NCBI RefSeq assembly: GCF_006345805.1
Contig: NC_043015.1
Span: forward strand, 12,152,001 to 12,216,000
Direction of reading: 5' to 3'
Length of the DNA: 64,000 bases
Source of the DNA: Octopus sinensis
Lineage: Eukaryota
Positions 11,921 to 24,155 of this stretch are shown here, in pieces. Made by a program: the position numbers and the translations under genes. The notes below the pieces were generated by a model. The model had not been told where the DNA came from. It made no database searches and saw nothing but the letters and a program-made list of their open reading frames with translations. The number at the start of each line of letters is the position of its first letter. The first letter of the stretch is position 1.

Positions 11921-12680
11921 ATGAGCCATGATACACATACACACACTCACACGCATATACATACACACACGCACACACACGCACACAAACGCACATACAT
12001 ACATACATACACACAAGCCAACGCAGACACTCGATGTGGTCGTGCCACTTGTTAGAAAGTTTGGCTATTTTTATTATTGTAAATAAAAAAAAATGCAAAA
12101 ACAATGAAGTCTTACATACAATTAAAAAGTCGGAATGGTCATGGATGGAATACATTTTATTATAGATCTGCTAGATCAGGGTTCATAAACAATAAATAAC
12201 AACACGTATTCTTATGATAGTTAATCGATATCAGATCTCCTGAGAATGCAAGGCGGCGAACTTGTAAAATCGCTACTACGCCGGAGAAATTGCTTTGTGG
12301 CATTCCTTCCGGCTCTTTATGGCCTGAGTTCAAACGCTGCTGAGATCGATTTGGTCTTTCATCCTCTAGAGTCGATACATATATGTATGTACACCAGTGA
12401 TTTCCGTTGTCCTTGGCTCCAAAGCCTTGAAAGAGTAACCATTTTTATTTAACCGTTTTTACTCGACTATCTGATGTCGCGTAATAATTGCTTCTACTGG
12501 AAGCACAAGGCCACAAATTTGCGGGGAAGGGATTGAGTCGATTTCATCGACTCCAGTGCATAACTAGTGCTTATCTAATCAATCCAGAAAGGATGAAAGG
12601 CAAAATCGCCCGGCGTGCTAACGATTCTGCCAGCTCGCTATCTTTCTGATGTCGCGTAACAATAATTCATCAATATATAG

Positions 12681-12854
12681 GCATAGGAGTGGCTGTGTGG
12701 TAAGTAGCTTGCTTACCAGCCACATGGTTCCGGGTTCAGTCCCACTGCATGGCACCTTGGGCAAGTGTCTTCTACTATAGCCTCGGACCGACCAAAGCCT
12801 TGTGAGTGGATTTGGCAAACGGAAACTGAAAGAAACCCGTCGTATATATGTGTG

Positions 12855-12886
<32 letters not shown>

Positions 12887-13050
12887 TGTATGTATGTATG
12901 TATGTATGTATGTATGTATGTATGTATGTATGTATGTATGTATGTATGTATGTATGTTTGTGTGTCTGTGCTTGTCCCCACCCCCCCAACATCGCTTGAC
13001 AACCGATGATGGTGTGTTTACGTCTCCGTAACTTAGCGGTTCGGCAGAAA
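12681..13050 (+). mobile_element. SINE family B with (TATG)n core, tail replaced by SINE A
   Basis: Head at 12681, (TATG)n about 12855-12957, switches to family A at about 13045. Confidence 0.85.
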
Positions 13051-13590
13051 CGTTAGCATGCCGGGCGAAATGCGTAGCCGTATTTCGCCTGTCGTTACGT
13101 TGTGAGTTCGAATTCCGCCGAGGTCGACTTTGCCTTTCATCCTTTTGGGGTCGATAAATTAAGTACCAGTTACGCACTGGGGTCGATGTAATCGACTTAA
13201 TCCGTTTGTCTGTCCTTGTTTGTCCCCTCTGCATTTAGCCCCTTGTGGGTAGTAACGAAATAGGTATAATGCTCAACGGTATTTCTTCCGGGGGGGGGGG
13301 TCCGTCTTAAGTTCAAATTCTGTGGAGGTTGACATTGCCGCTTTTATTCTTTTAGGGCCGATAAAATAAGTACCAGTCCGATTATTGCATTCGGATACGG
13401 AGTTCAGAAGAACCCTCAGTACACAAGTGTTTTACCCTAAATGTAAAACGGACATCTTCCGCATAACGGAAGTGGAATTCGGCAAAATGTCTTTTTCAAA
13501 TGGTTCCCATGTATCATGGAAGTCAATGGCAAAATAGATTTCACATTACGAGACACCACGTTGCGGCAAGATTTTCAGGAGCGCACCCGT
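13045..13590 (+). repeat. Local duplicated block, copy 1 (SINE A, SINE A fragment, unique ~200 bp unit)
   Basis: Same order and diagnostic variants (CAAATTCTGTGGAGGTTGAC, TTTTAGGGCCGATAAAATAAG) as 14149-14730. Confidence 0.8.
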
Positions 13591-13767
13591 GGGGGTGCAG
13601 CTGAGCATAACATTTAGTCTGGTATTTACTCTACCCTCTTTTTTTTCTTTTCTTTCTTTTCCTTTTTTAACTCTTTTTTTTTCCGGTTTCTTTGTATTTA
13701 AATGTTATAAATAAATAGATTAAAATTCATATGACGTCAATAATGTATAAAGAGATATAGATAGTGA

Positions 13768-13859
<92 letters not shown>

Positions 13860-14148
13860 CGGAAACAAACAAACCAAACAAACAAACAAACAAACAAACA
13901 AAGCTGCAAGGAATATATAGACACGAAAATGGGAATAGGAAAGAAATTTAGAACAATTACGGTTAAAATATTAATACATTCCTTTAGCTGCCTTCAGATC
14001 AGACAATTCATCTAAATATAGGTTTTAATGAGTTCTAAAATTGTAGCTTACGTTCGTCGTAAACTGTAATATATTTAGCAATAATGATTTTGTCGTGCTT
14101 TGTTTGGAACTTTTCAAGCAAAATATTATCCATTGTTAACCAGTTCAA

Positions 14149-14730
14149 GGCGGCGAGCTGGCAGAATCGTTAGCACGCCGGGCGAAATGCTAAGCGGCAT
14201 TTCTTCTGCCGCTACGTTCTGAGTTCAAATTCCGCCGAGGTCGACTTTGCCTTTCATCCCTTTCGGGGTCAATTAAATAGGTACGACATACGCACTGGGA
14301 TCGATATAATCGACTTAATCCGTTTGTCTGTCCTTGTTTGTCCCCTCTGTGTTTAGCCCCTTGTGGGTAGTAAAGAAAATAGGTATTTCTTCCGGGTTTT
14401 TTCCGTCTTGAGTTCAAATTCTGTGGAGGTTGACTTTGCCTTTTTATTCTTTTAGGGCCGATAAAATAAGTACCAGTTCGATCATTGCATTTGGATACGG
14501 AGTTCAGAAGAACCCTCAGTACACAAGTGTTTTACCGTAAATGTAAAACGGACATCTTCTGCATAAAGGAAGCATTGCGTTCATAAAAATCTTGCCATAA
14601 TGTGGAATTCGGCAAAATCTATTTTTCAAATGATTCCCATTTATCATGGGAAGTCAATGGCAAAATAGATTTCACATTACGAGACTCCACGTTGCAGCAA
14701 GATTTCCAGGAGCGCAATTCTTACATAACG
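14149..14730 (+). repeat. Local duplicated block, copy 2
   Basis: Matches 13045-13590. Confidence 0.8.
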
Positions 14731-15039
14731 TTGAGGTATGCTTGAGCAGTCAAAATAAGTACTAGGATTTGACTTAATCCCTCTACTCAAAATTGCTTCC
14801 TTTGTACCAAAATTTGAAACCATTACTAACACCGTGTATGTAGAGGTGGTGGGTATACAAAAGGGCCGACACCCCCCGCCCACCCAAAGGCTGTTTCATA
14901 CTTAATGTGATAAAGAACTTCATTTTCCATAAAAAGATGACGTTTTTTGTTTTGTTTTGTTTTGCTATTATCTTCCAGTTTGATCATTTGAGAATTTTGA
15001 CATATATCCGTCTTCAAGTATCTTTATCTTTTACCGATT

Positions 15040-15580
15040 TCAGTCATTAGACTACGGCCATGCACCTTGAGGAAATATTAGTAGAATGAATCGACCCCAG
15101 TACTTTTTTTAAAGCTTGGTACTTATTCTATCGGTCCTTTTTGCCGAACCGCTAAGTTATGTGGACGTAAACAAACCAACACCGGTTGTCACACGGTGAT
15201 GGGATACACACACACAAGCCACTACACACATTTTTTTCTCTCCTTGTTTTTACTGTGTCACTTTCTGTAGAAGAGCGTAGGCTCGAAACGTAAAAGACTT
15301 TTTCTATTCCTGAGCGTTATACTAATACATCTGTTTGTTTTGTACACCACCCGTCTTCGTCTTTTGTTTTTTCCGTAAACTCTCCCTATATATATATATA
15401 TATATATATATACACGACGAGCTTCTTTCATTTTCAGTCTGCCAAATCCACTCACAAAGACCTGGTCGGCCGGAAGCTATAGTAGAAGACACTTGCCCAA
15501 AGTGCCAAGCAGTGAACCTGAACCTGGAACCATGTGATTGGGAAGCAAGCTTGTTACCACATGGCCATGTCTGCGCCTAT
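15040..15580 (-). mobile_element. SINE family B interrupted by a hammerhead-bearing short element
   Basis: Tail 15040-15215, head 15415-15580, foreign ~160 bp insert in the microsatellite core. Confidence 0.75.
15261..15296 (+). ncRNA. Minimal hammerhead motif with variant core CUGUAGA
   Basis: cttt-CTGTAGA-a-GAGC gtag GCTC-GAAA-C-GTA-aaag. Confidence 0.55.
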
Positions 15581-15899
15581 GGGAATCCATTTTTTTTTTA
15601 TTAATGTAACCAATAATCTCGACATATCTGATCTCCTATTGTTTAGCTCTTCAAGCCATTACAGATACTTCTTGACTCGATAACCTCTAGATACATCGAC
15701 ATTCACTCACTAAAATTTCAGCAAATCTTGACACATCAAGAAAACTCATATTGTGCAGAAAACGGGAAAAAAACTCAGAGCAGTTAAACGTGGACAATTG
15801 ACAACGGCGAAAGACTACAAGTAGTGGAGCGTGGAAAGACAAAGTTTTGAGGGGAAGATGAAGGCTGTAAGCCAGCAATTGTAAAGAAGAAGAATGATC

Positions 15900-16130
15900 C
15901 AAAATGGGAGGAGACTGGGAGTTTGTAGTGACGCCAGGTTTTAGACGCCATTTTGGGATGTTCATCCGGTAGTGTCTTCCGGTAGGCCAGTCGGAATTAC
16001 TGCGCATGTGCAGTAATCAGCAGCAGTTAGCTTTTCTTGCTATTCGACTCTCTTGGCTTTTGGTGGTCGACGAATTAAGACGTGACCCGACAAGGCTCCG
16101 AGCGGAGGCGAACCAGGCTCGGCGGGCGGT
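15900..16130. promoter_or_regulatory. Housekeeping-type promoter motif cluster
   Basis: CTGGGAGTTTGTAGT 15915-15929 (rc ACTACAAACTCCCAG, ZNF143/SBS-like), CGCCATTTTG 15946-15955 (YY1), CTTCCGG 15976-15982 (ETS), TGCGCATGTGCA 16001-16012 (NRF1); locally GC/CpG-rich. Confidence 0.7.
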
Positions 16131-16369
16131 GAAGACTGTTTCAACCATGGAGATTTAGTCCGACTCTGCTGTTTCCTACCCCTGGCGTTCACGCTACCGA
16201 TGTCCAGCGATGAAATATCTACTTCGGTGAAAAATAAACTATTATTGTTATTTGTTCAGAGATTCATGTTCCTGCTGTTTCATTCCTTTCTACAACATTG
16301 TAGGGAAATGTGTGGAGCACCCAACAAATGCAGATATCACACATAGATAGATAACAATCCTACAAGTTC

Positions 16370-16740
16370 TTTGGCAGTTGATTTTGATGGTAAATACCAC
16401 TTTACACTTTTTGCAACGGAAAGATCCGACCTCGTCGTGTGCTGCAAAGAAAAAAGAAGCTAAAGATTGTATAGACGACAATTCCCTGGAAAATGAACAT
16501 CAAAGACGCTTTTCTCGGGAAAATCAGAAAATACATGAGTTGAACTCTGTGGAAGTGAAGCAATATGCCTTCTCGTAGAGATAGGTACTTAAGGATTTAT
16601 TGGAACTATGGTTCGGGAGTCTTGGACCAGCAACGAAGGAGACAAAAGATGTCACCAGAATATTGTCAGAAGCTGCTGAGAAAGCAGGCTATTATATCTG
16701 GCTCCAGAGAAAGGATGAATGGTACAGCAAGAACCAACAT
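16370..16740 (+). mobile_element. RLE-type (HERO/R2 group) non-LTR retrotransposon, C-terminal remnant
   Basis: With frameshifts: LAVDFDGKYHFTLFATERSDLVV, TTIPWKMNIKDAFLGKIRKY, LLVEIGT*GFIG, RILSEAAEKAGYYIWLQRKDEW; matches PD..ELTVPWE..KY..VEVGCRGF..LSEAAEKA motifs. Confidence 0.7.
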
Positions 16741-17220
16741 TGAGGATGATAGAAACATCCGGCCCAGAGTGGCAACATCTGACTCAACAAAACTCATGCT
16801 GTTATGCGGGAATTTTGTCAACTACATCGGTAAGTGGCCCCGGGAAACTCTGGTGTCACAGTAGAAGGCGCCGCCTGATAAGACATCGACTCCTGCATTC
16901 GGATACGGAGTACAGAAGAAACCTCAGTACACAAGTGTTTTATCCTAAATGTAAAACGGACGTCTTCCGCATAACGGAAGCATTGCGTTCATAAATATCT
17001 TGCCATAATGTGGAGTTCGGCAAAATGTATTTATCAAATGATTCCCATGTATCATGGGAAGTCAACGGCAAAATAGATTTCACATTACGAGACTCCAAAT
17101 TCCAACAAGATTTTCAGGCGAGTAATTCTTCCATAACGTGGATGTAAACTTGTGCAGTTAAATACAACAAAGGATTTAATTGGCTGTGCTCTATCACTTG
17201 TCCCTGCCACCCTCAAATGT

Positions 17221-17450
17221 GGCGAGCTGGCAGAATCGTTAGCACGCCGGTCGGAATGCTTCGCGGTATTTCGGCTGCCGTTACGTTCTGAGTTCAAATT
17301 CCGCCGAGGTCGACTTTGCCTTTCATCCTTTCGGCGTCGATTAAATAAGTACCAGTTACGCGCTAGGGTCGATATAATCGACTTAATCCTTTTGTCTGTC
17401 CTTGTTTGTCCCCTCTACGTTTAGCCCCTTGTGGGCAATAAAGAAATAAG
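17221..17450 (+). mobile_element. SINE family A
   Basis: Head GGCGAGCTGGCAGAATCG and body. Confidence 0.85.
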
Positions 17451-19968
17451 AAATATAGCTAAATTTCCCCAAAATTACACCCTACTGTCCAAAAAAAAAA
17501 AACAGAAAAAGAACACTGGCAGGATGGTCCCAGCTGGAACGCTTTTGTTCATAGTTATGTTCAGCAAGGGCTGATATGAAGCTAAACAACGTTAACAATA
17601 GATATATTAATGTTATTTTACAAACAACTGTTCCAACGTTCTCTTATTTAAGAGAAAATTTACTTTGCTAATCATTGTGGTATATCAGTTTCGTACATTT
17701 TTCTTTACAAAACTCGTTTCGTTATTTTTATTTTCTATTACAAGTAGTGAATAACAGTTGCGTCCCCTTAGACAGGTTTCCAATGAGATTATCTTTGGTT
17801 CATTCGCATTGAGAAAAATGTCCAATCAAATTACAAGATATTTAGTATTTTGTCTTAATCCTCATCACATAACATCGTCCTTCTAGCGACTATATTTCCT
17901 TTCTTTCTTTCTTTCTTTTTCTTTTCAGAGTAGAAATGATTATGTATTAGAATAATTTTGCATCCATATTCATCGGAAGAGGAGGAGGGGGAGAAAGAGG
18001 AGGAGGAGGATGGGGAGAAAGAGGCGGGGGATACAAAGGAGAAGGGGGAGGAGAAAGAGGAGGAGGAGGAGGGGAAGAAAGAGGAGGGGGAAGAGGAGGA
18101 GGAGGAGACGGAGGGAGGAGGAAAAGACAGAGCGGGGGGGGGAACAGCCACGACTATCGTGTTTGCCACTGGCCAAAATCGACCAGCCAATGTATGGAGT
18201 TATCTCCCCCTATTGACTGGGACCCTGAGAAATTAATGTTTAGTAATTGACTAATATTGTTTTCCTCTCTCAACCATTACCACTAGTATTTTTAATTCAC
18301 CTTTATCTTTTCAATACTCCGTCTACAAAATATACTAATATAATATATCTGCTTTCTATGTTGCTTAAATACTCCCAATGATTATTTATCTACTAATTCC
18401 TTAGGTAATCTTAAGAGGTGGAAGCTTTTTTTTTAATTATTATTAATTCAATTATATTACATATATGACACCACACCATGCAGTTCCTGTTCCTCGATAA
18501 CCGACTGATTAGTCACCGGCAAAAAACAACGAAATGGTTTTGAATTGTTTAATTAATTCTTTAATTCCAATTTATGCTCTCCTTTTACCAGTAGTGGTAC
18601 ATTCTTTATAAAGGCATTAGTTTTGTAGGTGGAGGCGGGGCCGAACTGATAAAATCAAGTAAAGATCGAAAGCAGTCAACTTATTTATTCGATACGAAGA
18701 AGTATTTTAAAGTAAGCTAAAAAAAAAGAAGAAAAAAAAGAGAGAGAAATAAATAGAACATTGGTGATGTTAAGTGGGAATAAAATAAGTATAACACACA
18801 AGATTAACAGTAGTTTTAAAAGAGTAGATCCCCGGAGTGATTATATAGCTAATCAACGATTATTATTGGTGTTTCTCCCAGATCAGCTTTGATTAAGCCA
18901 TTTTTTATAGGCCTAACTTAGTAGACCCGTAGTCAATGTTATTCAGGCCATAACCATCTTTTTTTTATTTATTTTTTTTATAATTCCTGGCATAGTTTAT
19001 TCCGTACTACATTATCCAAGGGTAATTCTCTTTTTAAAATGATAGCGTCATTTCTGGGTGGGAGATTTGGTTACTATTTCTAATAGGCAGAGCGACTACT
19101 CAGAGGGCGTCTGGTTGGTGCATTGAAGTATGCTATGATTTTGTTGCAACAATAGCAAGTGTTATTTTAAAACGATGCATATTCGAACAGAATTACCTCC
19201 CTTAGACGTCTACCTTTGCACCAATAAAGCTGTCTCGGTGTTTGCTCCACATGCTAGAAATAGCAGTCAAATCTCCCTCGGATAATACTGTACCATCTTG
19301 AAATATATAAAAAAAAACACTGAATAAAGTAGTCCTCAACAGAGATGAAAATGAATGTTAGGGACAAGAGGGGCGCATCGAAGACCGAGCGGCTAAGGTT
19401 AAGAAGGTGGGACAAGATGCTATAAGCTCCCACCCCACCACCGTGAGCTGAAAAGTGGAAAATACGCTGTCCCCCAGCATAACCCTCACCACAAATCCAT
19501 CACTGGTCGTACGTAAGAATATCTGGAAAAGGTATAAGATAGTCATAGCCAGAACGCCTTCGTGAAATGAGAATGACGGGTGCACTTTGCACTGCTATCA
19601 CGAAAGCCGTAGCTGTGGTCAACATTTCTTTGACACATTAGATTTCAGTAATACGTATGAATCCGCGCGTACTTGTATGCTCCCGTGTGAGTGTGCGCGT
19701 GTGTGTGTGTATGCCCCCCCCCCTCATGGCTACATAATACCCTCAGCGCCCCCACCCCTATTTTCATGTATAAATAACTATTTTATATTTTACTGATTTA
19801 TATTTGATATTTAATATAATATTATATAATTCGTATACAATACTATAATAATATAATAAATTCATAGCGTCCCCAATTCACTGCCTTCCTCCCAACGCCT
19901 CCTTTTTCTCTACCGCCTACCCCCACACCCAGCCCCTTAGACACCTGTGCCCACCTGGATCGTTTCAA

Positions 19969-19987
19969 CGCCCACCGGGGGGCGGTA
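19969..19987 (+). promoter_or_regulatory. Candidate CTCF site
   Basis: CGCCCACCGGGGGGCGGTA matches TGGCCACCAGGGGGCGCTA at 15 of 19 positions, in unique sequence. Confidence 0.45.
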
Positions 19988-20565
19988 GCGCTCACCTTGA
20001 GAACCGATGGCTAAGATGGACAAACCAAGGCGGCGAGCTAGCAGAATTATTAGCACGCCAAGCAAAATGCTTAGCGGTATTTCGCCTGTCGTTACGTTCT
20101 TAGTTCAAATGCCGCCGAAATTTCTTGAAAAGGAATGATAAACGGTTCATCCGGTTCCTACACCTCTTTCTACTGCAGCTGATGGTAATAATTATAAGGT
20201 TAGAGGAGGTAAGAGTCAAAAACTTATTTATTCGCGGGAATGCTATGTCCGGAGCTCCTAACTTTAGTGGTACTAATCGACTTTGCCTTTCATTCTTTCG
20301 GGGTCGATAAATTAAGTAACAGCCGAGCACTGGGGTAGATGTAATCGAGTAGCCCTCTCCTCCAAATTTCAGACCTTGTGCCGATAGTAGAAAGGGTTAA
20401 CATGGACAAATCAGAAAATTCCATGAGTTTGCTTCCCAACCACTGGGCTCAGGCCTACTGAGTAGCCCCTTGTGCAAGTGTCTTCTATATTAGCCTCAGG
20501 CTGACCAAAACCTTCTGTATGGATTTAGTAGACAGAAACTGAGTGGCCTGTCCTCTGTATAGATA

Positions 20566-21405
20566 CTGGGTCATCACATAAATAATGCGTTTTTTTTTTA
20601 ATTGCATGAAGTAAAAGTCGGAGGGGGCGGGATAAACTACCTGCATCAACTTGCTATTAAAGCAAGTAGTAATTTTACTTAGTCCTTATTCTTAGCGCAA
20701 GTTCTGAAGAGTACAGTTCGATTTTAAATGTTATTTTTTCGAAGCTATAATGGAAGTGACAAAGGAGCATATTCGGTATATTTTGCAACAGAAAGTGCGA
20801 GGAATATTAATGTATGGAGATCAGATAATAAGCATAAGCCACTGTCAATGGTGGTTCCAGAAATTCTGAGCTGAAAACTACAGCCTAGAAGACGAGCCTC
20901 GTCCTGGAAGATTAAATAGCGCTCGCCGAGGACGTCCTACAAACCCTGGTGGAACAAAATCCCATCATAACTGTTGAGGAACTAGCAGAGAAGTTTGGAT
21001 TTGGTCATTCGAGTAAGCGCTAGAAGAAAAATGTTGTTCTTTCATAAGAATAATGCTCGGCCACATACATCGAGGATGACATTCCGGGGGCTGGAGCAAT
21101 TTGAGTGGGAAACGATGCCCCACCCACCATATTAGCCGGAGATTACCCTATCTGCAAATCATTTACTCTGCAGTCTTCAAAATCATTTGGACGGAAAAAA
21201 TATGAATTCTCTAGACGAGATCAGAACTGTACTGGAAGAGTATTTTACGTCACGAACAAGTAGATTTTGGAAGAGGGTCCTTGTAAGTCTACCAGATAGA
21301 AGGAAGAAGATTGTAGAAAATGAAGGAGAGTATATTTTAGATTTCAAAAGTATTTTATCTTAATTTTGAAAACTAAAAGCATAAACAAACCGCATTTATG
21401 GGACT
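20566..21405 (+). mobile_element. Internally deleted mariner element
   Basis: TA|CTGGGTCATCACATAAATAATGCG left TIR, degenerate CCGCATTTATGGGA right end; HKNNARPHT and WETMPHPPY*PEITLSANHL motifs. Confidence 0.85.
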
Positions 21406-21606
21406 TGCTTTTTAAATTAGCATGTGAAAGTTGCGTCCCTTGAGTTTAAGCTATAACTGAAGGCTTTCACGCCGTTGCCAATTTAAAATCACAATTTTAT
21501 GCTAAATTTCAGTAGAAAAAAATACAAAAAAAAAATGCTTAAAAATAAGAAAAAAAATGCTAAAGATTAATTATATCAAAAAGTTTAATTTTATTTACAT
21601 TTTTAT

Positions 21607-23700
21607 TTACTTTCTATAATTATATTCAGCATTGAGAAATAATTTCTTGAATTTCACTGATTTGATCACTTTCAGCTGCAGTCCTCGGTCTTGACTTCTG
21701 TATACATTCACGGTTCCTATCTTGTTAATTATGTGTTTTGGAAAAGCGAAGTCTTTGCAACATTTGCCATATCTTTTCAGGCCATATTTTATAGGTAGTA
21801 TTGATCTAAGCATAGGAAGATGCAGTTTGCTTTTCAATTTTGATTTGAATACACCTATACTAACTGAGCAACCATTCAACTTCTGCATTTGAGTTTGGCA
21901 ATGCCAATAGATTGATGGTAAAATTTGCAACATCTCTAAAAGGATTTCCTCCAGCAGCATCTTTATATTCCAAGACTTCCAGCCAGAATACCTCAGTATT
22001 AGATGTATTCGTCCATTTAACTACGAGGGGTGTATGTAAAGTTTTGAGCCTAACCTTGAAACGGGGCTGCTAGGTAGCTGAAACAATTTTTTCTGGTAAG
22101 TACAGTCTTTTTGGAGTATTCTTGCTCATTTTCATGATTCTGGTACTTTAATTTTTTTTTTTTTTTGCAGATTTTTTAATAAACAAGTGTCGACGTTACA
22201 AGGAAAATGTAGAAAACTGAGTATCGTACTATCATAAAGTACCTTCATTTGAAAGGTATGACTCCATCAGAAACCCATGAAGATATGGTGAGAACCTTAA
22301 CAGACAATGCTCCTTCATATGCAACAGTCAAACGCTGGGTAAATGAATTCCAGCATGGCAGGGAGAGTGTGGAAGATGATCTCAGACCAGGGAGACCTCC
22401 AACTGCAATCATTGAGGACAACATTGACCTTGCTCTTGGTATGATAATGCAAGATCGTTGAATATCATGTTGTGAGATAGCTGAGAGACTGGGCATCTCA
22501 ACTGAAAGAGTAGAAAACATTGTGACAAAAGAACTTGGGTTCTCAAGGTTTCTGCAAGGTGGGTCCCTCGCCTTTTCACACCTGAACAGAAACGCACCAG
22601 GTGCACTTTGTCCACGAGCAATCTGAAACTGTTTGAAGCCGATGAAGAGAATTTTCTTACTCATTTCATTACTATGGACGAAAGTTGGATTCATCACTAC
22701 CAGCCTGAAACCAAAGAACAATCAAAGCAGTGGAAGCACACATCTTTTCCTACCCCAAAGAAGGCCAGGGTCATGCCTTCAGCTGGTAACGTTATGGTGT
22801 CAGTTTTTTAGGATTCTCAAGGTGTCTTGCTGATCGATTACCTTGAAAAGGGTCACGCTGTGACAAGGCTGTATTATTCTCAGCTACTGAAACACCTCTG
22901 TGAAGAAATCAAAGAAAAAGGCCAGGAATACTCACCAGAGGAGTCCTTTTTCATCACAACAATGCTCCAGCCCACACCTCAGTGGTTACCATAGCAACAA
23001 TTCGTGATTGTGGATATGAACTTGTTCCACATCTGCCTTATTCGCCAGACTTAACCCCCTCTGACTTTCATCTATTCCCAAAAATGAAAAAAGTGCTGGC
23101 TGGTCCCCCTTTTGCCAGTGACAATGATGTCATAGATGCTGCGGGAAGTTCCTTGGAGTCGCAAACAAAAGAGTGCCTCTACACCGGGATAATGATGCTT
23201 CAGCAGCGCTGGACAAAGTGTTCAGCCATCGAGGGGGACTATGTTGACAAATATATCATCAGAAGTCTTGTACTATGTTTTGTTTTTTTTGCGGCTCAAG
23301 ACTTCATACATCCCTCATAAATGAATGCTATTAAACTGAATTTCAATTGAAGCAATTTTTTCTTCATTTAAATTCATTGCTTCTAAGACAGGTAAAATTG
23401 GCTCTTTGAAATGCTGCAAAATATTCTCAACTGAAAAGCATTTGATATTCCTCAGTATATTAATATTTTCCGGCAAACAGTGATTCAGCTCTTTATAAAG
23501 GCAGAGTAGAAATCGTTGTGCTCTTTTGCAAATATTATTTTCTTAGGTAGCTGTTACAATCTTCTTGATAACCACTTCTGCTATCTTTCTCTTGAACTTG
23601 TTGCCTAAATTTGGTTTAGGATCCAGAAATTTTTCAATAAAAGCATCTGAATCAAGAGGATCAATTCTACATGTTGGCAACACTATCATATTAGCAACAG
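21607..23700 (-). pseudogene. hAT-like transposase remnant split by a mariner insertion
   Basis: Rejoined frame ...IQFNSIHL/VKWTNTSNTEVFWLEVLEYKDAAGGNPFRDVANFTINLLALPNSNAEVEWLLS ... KYGLKRYGKCC; LPxSNAEVExxFS resembles the hAT dimerisation domain; contains stops and a frameshift. Confidence 0.65.
22024..23317 (+). mobile_element. Near full-length mariner (1294 bp) with disabled transposase
   Basis: TA TSDs at 22022-23 and 23318-19, ~28 bp imperfect TIRs; pseudo-ORF from 22207 with WVPRL, ITMDESW, HHNNAPAH, YSPDLTPSDFHLF, FASDNDV (DD34D type). Confidence 0.95.
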
Positions 23701-24112
23701 TTCTGTCTTTTACTGTTTTTACTTTTTTATTGTTTTTACTGTTTTGTTCTCACAGTCCTGTTCTTGTTACCACTTTCACCCTCCGCAAAAAATCCCAAAT
23801 TTTATTTAATTTGCTTTGCAGGAAGGACTGTTTCAACGAAGTTGCGTCTTGTCCTTACCTTCAAAACGTGGAGTAGATGAAACAGGGACAACTGAAGAAG
23901 GGGAATATTCCTTGTGTTGTATGTCTTGTGCTCCGTTTCTTTTTTGTTATTTGAAAAAAAGTTCATTTCTATGTTTTGTTTTTATGTTTTCGCGTCTCAT
24001 TGTGTTCCACGTTTTTTTGATGTCCTGTACCCATATATGCATGTATATATACATATATATGTAGGTATGTACATATATGTATGTATATATGCATATATTT
24101 ATATATTATTTG

Positions 24113-24155
<43 letters not shown>

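Noticed and set aside
14540-14590. YAEDV resembling the RT YADD motif in the triplicated unit
   Set aside because: No other RT motifs nearby and surrounded by stops
17958-18236. Glu/Gly/Lys-rich ORF
   Set aside because: Purine-rich low-complexity tract; no homology or clear splice context
23770-24040. Strong minus-strand donor AAG|GTAAGG and a possible decayed hammerhead (GAAAC-like)
   Set aside because: No convincing acceptor, core motif absent, appears repeat-derived
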